From the IMG/VR virus record IMGVR_UViG_2687453449_000004, positions 1 to 20,029 of that record: 20,029 nt of DNA. The stretch is one strand, 5' to 3'. The position numbers and the translations under genes are program-made. The notes under the pieces are model-generated. The model saw nothing but the letters and a program-made list of their open reading frames with translations. It searched no databases and was not told the DNA's origin. Of this stretch, positions 16,539 through 20,029 are shown piece by piece; positions within the stretch are counted from its first letter, which is position 1, and each line of letters opens with the position of its first letter. This DNA is from a virus (lineage: Duplodnaviria; Heunggongvirae; Uroviricota; Caudoviricetes).

Positions 16539-16632
16539 ATGGAAACGTAATTAACTCAATAATCGCCGGATGGTGAGGGCTTCCTTTTACCAGAATTCAG
16601 TGCGGTGCAGCGCAAATAACGTGGAGAACAAA

Positions 16633-17181
16633 ATGTCATTTATTAAAACTTTTTCTGGGAAGCATTTTTATTATGACAGGATAAATAAAGACGATATCGT
16701 TATTAACGATATCGCGTTTTCCCTTTCAAATATCTGTCGCTTTGCAGGACATCTTTCACACTTCTACAGCGTCGCCCAACATGCGGTTCTTTGCAGCCAA
16801 CTGGTACCGCAGGAATTTGCTTTTGAAGCGTTAATGCATGATGCAACAGAAGTGTATTGCCAGGACATCCCCGCTCCACTGAAACGCCTTCTTCCTGACT
16901 ATAAACAGATGGAAGAAAAAATAGACGCCGTAATCCGTGAGAAATACGGGTTACCCCCGGTTATGAGTACGCCCGTGAAATATGCCGATCTCATCATGCT
17001 GGCAACCGAACGCCGCGATCTCGGGCTTGATGATGGCTCTTTCTGGCCTGTACTGGAAGGCATCCCGGCAACAGATATGTTCAACGTGATTCCACTGGCA
17101 CCGGGCCATGCCTACGGGATGTTTATGGAACGCTTTAAAGAGCTGCATAAGATGCATAAACAATCCAGACAGCGAAATTAA
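16633..17181 (+). CDS. HD-domain phosphohydrolase, YfdR-like 5'-deoxynucleotidase
   Basis: ATG at 16633 with GGAG RBS (the track starts upstream at 16570); HD motif in ALMHDATE and upstream His residues (AGHLSH); about 182 aa. Confidence 0.75.
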   Translation: MSFIKTFSGKHFYYDRINKDDIVINDIAFSLSNICRFAGHLSHFYSVAQHAVLCSQLVPQEFAFEALMHDATEVYCQDIPAPLKRLLPDYKQMEEKIDAVIREKYGLPPVMSTPVKYADLIMLATERRDLGLDDGSFWPVLEGIPATDMFNVIPLAPGHAYGMFMERFKELHKMHKQSRQRN

Positions 17182-17224
17182 CTAGTGAAATAGTTTTGTA
17201 GCAAAAGAAATGAGGTTATCAAAA

Positions 17225-17470
17225 ATGCTTCAAATGCTGACACTTGAGGAATGGGCTGCGGAAAAATACAGAAGTAATCCTCCAAGCGTGTCCACATTGC
17301 GTCGTTATGCTAAGCAGAATTTATTTTGTCCACCGGCAATGAAACAAGGTCGACTATGGCGAGTGCGTGAGGACGCAGAGTTAGTTGGGGAATTAGTTAC
17401 TCCTGTCATCAAGAAAAATGATTCTATTATTCTACAAAGGATTTTAAGTAATGGCAGCCAGACCACGTAA
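17225..17470 (+). CDS. xisE: Excisionase (Xis/AlpA-like)
   Basis: Small basic protein MLQMLTLEEWAAEKYRSNPPSVSTLRRYAKQNLFCPPAMKQGRLWRVRE directly upstream of, and overlapping, the integrase gene. The track start at 17210 is an upstream alternative. Confidence 0.75.
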   Translation: MLQMLTLEEWAAEKYRSNPPSVSTLRRYAKQNLFCPPAMKQGRLWRVREDAELVGELVTPVIKKNDSIILQRILSNGSQTT

Positions 17471-18578
17471 AAATAATGTTTCAGTCCCGAACTTGTATCC
17501 GCTTTATAGTAGAAAAGTAAATAAAGTCTATTGGCGATATAAACATCCAGTGACCGGGAAGTTTCATTCTTTAGGCACAAACGAAGCTGAAGCCATTGCT
17601 ATTGCCACTGAGGCAAATTCACGCCTGGCTGAGCAAAGAACCCGGCAGATTCTGGCTATCAGTGACAGGATCGCAACCAGCAAAGGAAAAGCAATCACAA
17701 CGTCAACCTGGTTAGATCGCTATCAAGCAATCCAGGATGACAGACTGGAAAGTGGCGATATAAAGCTAAACACCTATAAACAGAAAGCCAAACCAGTATC
17801 CTTGCTCAGGGAACGAGCAGGAATGAAATTAATTTCATCAGTTGATGTAAGGGATATAGCACAATTACTTGACGAGTATATCACTGCCGGGCAACCGAGG
17901 ATGGCGCAAGTAGTCCGCTCCGTTCTAATTGATGTATTCAAGGAGGCACAACACTATGGGGAAGTCCCTCCGGGCTATAATCCAGCACTGGCAACCAAAC
18001 AACCCAGAAGAAAAATTACCCGACAACGGTTAAGTCTTGAAGAATGGCAAAAAATCTTTGATATCGCAGATGCCCGCCATCGTTATATGGGGAATGCCAT
18101 GCTGTTAGCACTGGTTACCGGCCAACGGTTAGGTGATATCTCACGTATGAAATTTAGCGATATTTGGGATGATCATCTTCACGTCATCCAAGAAAAAACC
18201 GGGAGCAAAATCGCCATCCCGCTTTCCCTTCGCCTCAATGCAATTAACTGGAGTTTACGCGATGTAGTAGCCCGCTGCCGTGACTATGCAGTCAGCCCAT
18301 ACCTTGTACATTTTTTTCGTACTACTTCACAGGCTGAACGTGGCGCGCAAGTAAAAGCCAATACATTGACGATGAATTTCAGTAAAGCGAGGGATTTAGC
18401 AGGCATTGACTGGGGTGAAGGTTCGCCCGCCACATTCCATGAACAAAGATCTTTATCTGAGCGACTTTACGAAGCTCAGGGCGTCGACACCCAAAAACTT
18501 CTGGGACATAAATCGCCTAACCAGACAGCTAAATACCATGATGATCGTGGTAAGGAATGGGCAAAAATCAAGGTTTGA
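17451..18578 (+). CDS. intE: Tyrosine integrase (lambda Int family; IntE-like)
   Basis: 375 aa; catalytic signatures TGQRLGDI (Arg), HEQR (HxxR), LLGH and the terminal KYHDDRGKEWAKI Tyr motif. Confidence 0.9.
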   Translation: MAARPRKNNVSVPNLYPLYSRKVNKVYWRYKHPVTGKFHSLGTNEAEAIAIATEANSRLAEQRTRQILAISDRIATSKGKAITTSTWLDRYQAIQDDRLESGDIKLNTYKQKAKPVSLLRERAGMKLISSVDVRDIAQLLDEYITAGQPRMAQVVRSVLIDVFKEAQHYGEVPPGYNPALATKQPRRKITRQRLSLEEWQKIFDIADARHRYMGNAMLLALVTGQRLGDISRMKFSDIWDDHLHVIQEKTGSKIAIPLSLRLNAINWSLRDVVARCRDYAVSPYLVHFFRTTSQAERGAQVKANTLTMNFSKARDLAGIDWGEGSPATFHEQRSLSERLYEAQGVDTQKLLGHKSPNQTAKYHDDRGKEWAKIKV

Positions 18579-18597
18579 ATTTTACAAAATTGAATGA

Positions 18598-18617
18598 TAC
18601 TGTATATGCATACAGAA
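18598..18617. promoter_or_regulatory. LexA (SOS) box overlapping the promoter of the downstream cargo operon
   Basis: taCTGTatatgcatACAGaa: CTGT-N8-ACAG with an AT-rich spacer, 77 bp upstream of the 298-aa ORF start; TTTACA -35-like hexamer at 18581-18586. Confidence 0.65.
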
Positions 18618-18693
18618 TTGAAAGAAAATTAAGCTCTTGAAAGTGCTTGGTTTTATGGAATAATGAAACCAAATAGTTTACAGGAGTTTTCTT

Positions 18694-19590
18694 ATGCAGT
18701 TGTATGCCTTACGTGTGTTAATGAGACCGCGCGATCCAGACCTCTTTTCGAAAGGAACTGTTCAGAAAGATATCTCTCATTTTGAAAATGCTATGGTTAT
18801 CGCTGCAAAAAATTTACACATGACGTCATCAACACCTTCCGTTCATAAGAAAACTAGTTACACCCTGAAATTGAGCATAAAACCTACTGATGGTGTTATG
18901 GCTGGAGTCATATCAAAGCTGCAAAAGATTAAAGGACATGATAAAGACTTTCGAGAGTACGATGTAGACAACTATCCACCTATCGTATGGATTTGGGACA
19001 AAGTAGAGCAGGTGTTACTGGTTGAGAGGAAAACCGCTGTTTTCAAGGATGCGCAACAAGTTGCTAAAGCGTTTGAAGATCTAGCCAATAACGACTATTT
19101 GGCTCAGTTAGGACTTAGAATATTTATAGAGCCTTGTCTTGAAATGGAAGATTTTTGGTCAGAATACCATAGGCTTCAATTTATCGACAAAGTCAGCTTT
19201 ACGCTGATTACTCCGAATATCTTCGGAAGCAGTAAGCAAGCGTTAACCAATGATTTACGGAAGCTTGAAAAAGATACCAATGCAAATACTGTGACCACTA
19301 TTTTTGAAAACAAAGATGGCAATTTGAAACTCAAAGGTTCTCATTGGGCTGAGACTCTTGTTGACTGGGTCAAAGATGGTGGCGGGTCATGGTTGATTAA
19401 AGGACGTAAGACACTCAAGTCAAAATCTACTACGGTATCCAGTAATCAGACAGCCAAAATCGTGCTGATCGAAGGTGAGATATCAGAAATTGAACTTGAT
19501 GGCTACTCAGCAAATGATATTAAAGAGATCATAGCATTACATCAAAACAGGTATACGTTCAAAAATGCAAAATCTAACTGTCTGGATTAA
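18694..19590 (+). CDS. Hypothetical cytoplasmic protein (298 aa), first gene of an int-adjacent cargo operon
   Basis: AGGAG RBS; AT-rich; no Walker A, HEXXH, HD or nucleotidyltransferase motifs seen, so not Lit. Confidence 0.55.
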   Translation: MQLYALRVLMRPRDPDLFSKGTVQKDISHFENAMVIAAKNLHMTSSTPSVHKKTSYTLKLSIKPTDGVMAGVISKLQKIKGHDKDFREYDVDNYPPIVWIWDKVEQVLLVERKTAVFKDAQQVAKAFEDLANNDYLAQLGLRIFIEPCLEMEDFWSEYHRLQFIDKVSFTLITPNIFGSSKQALTNDLRKLEKDTNANTVTTIFENKDGNLKLKGSHWAETLVDWVKDGGGSWLIKGRKTLKSKSTTVSSNQTAKIVLIEGEISEIELDGYSANDIKEIIALHQNRYTFKNAKSNCLD

Positions 19591-20029
19591 AGCTATAGCT
19601 ACCTTCTTTTTGTGCTTAGCATTAGCATCGACTGATAAAACCATTTATACCTTACTTGAGCAGGCTTCTGCTGGAGTAATAGGTTCAATACTTGGAGGTA
19701 TTGCCGCAGGTATCTCCGTTATCTTCGGAATTTTGGCTGTCATTAATAAGGGCGAGAAAAGCACAGACTTTACGGACTATTTAGATAGTTTAGAATTAGA
19801 TTTGAAATTACTGGTCATGTGTCTGGCAGTAACAATCTTCCTTCCCTATTTACGTAATTATGACATACCACTAGTAAATTATCCTCAGCACGAATTTATC
19901 CCTTCTAAAGGCAAGCTATTTACTGCTTTAGAACTTTTTGCTATCGTGCTATCTCTTAACCTCATTGCAGAAGTGATTAGCTGCATGATTTTAGTGGTTA
20001 AAAAAAGTTTCAAAATTGAATCAAAGTGA
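19565..20029 (+). CDS. Small integral membrane protein (at least 4 predicted TM helices), 3' end outside window
   Basis: Hydrophobic stretches WIKAIATFFLCLALAS, AGVIGSILGGIAAGISVIFGILAVI, LKLLVMCLAVTIFLPYL and LFTALELFAIVLSLNLIAEVISCMILVV; start overlaps the upstream gene by 26 nt; no stop before the window end. Confidence 0.55.
   Translation: MQNLTVWIKAIATFFLCLALASTDKTIYTLLEQASAGVIGSILGGIAAGISVIFGILAVINKGEKSTDFTDYLDSLELDLKLLVMCLAVTIFLPYLRNYDIPLVNYPQHEFIPSKGKLFTALELFAIVLSLNLIAEVISCMILVVKKSFKIESK

Larger units (their letters stand above)
1692..20029. mobile_element. e14-like defective lambdoid prophage integrated at icd (partial; other end beyond window)
   Basis: Bounded on the left by the icd remnant. 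Gene content and order (restriction gene, pin, stf/tfa cassette, baseplate J, cro, cI, xis, int) mirror K-12 e14 in reverse orientation. Head and most replication genes are missing or fragmentary. Confidence 0.8.

Noticed and set aside
18694-19590. Possibility that the int-adjacent 298-aa protein is Lit (the e14 abortive-infection protease)
   Set aside because: No HEXXH zinc-metalloprotease motif and no resemblance to Lit as I recall it; it is a different cargo gene.
1-20029. tRNA, rRNA, CRISPR array or IS element
   Set aside because: No GGTTCGAATCC-type T-loop, no direct-repeat/spacer array and no transposase-like ORF; integration is into icd rather than a tRNA gene.

Overview
The window covers host genes ycgX and iraM, an icd 3'-end remnant (icdC-like), and about 18.3 kb of an e14-like defective lambdoid prophage integrated at icd; the far end of the element lies beyond the window. 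Reading left to right, the prophage contains: AT-rich cargo with a GmrSD-family (DUF262+DUF1524) type IV restriction gene where K-12 e14 carries mcrA; a truncated Pin-type invertase with a pix-like crossover site and a tail-fibre/tail-fibre-assembly cassette; a Mu-like baseplate module (gp43- to gp48-like); decayed head and replication remnants; a cro/cI-type immunity switch; an early-left operon (small gene, oppositely oriented 144-aa moron, GC-rich structured non-coding block, yfdP/Q/R-like genes); and xis and int. Downstream of int, where K-12 e14 carries lit, there is instead an AT-rich two-gene operon (298-aa protein plus a 4-TM membrane protein running off the window) preceded by a near-consensus LexA box; this is the best candidate for an undescribed abortive-infection/defence module. 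All family assignments come from reading the translations and recalled motifs and gene order; no database search was run.
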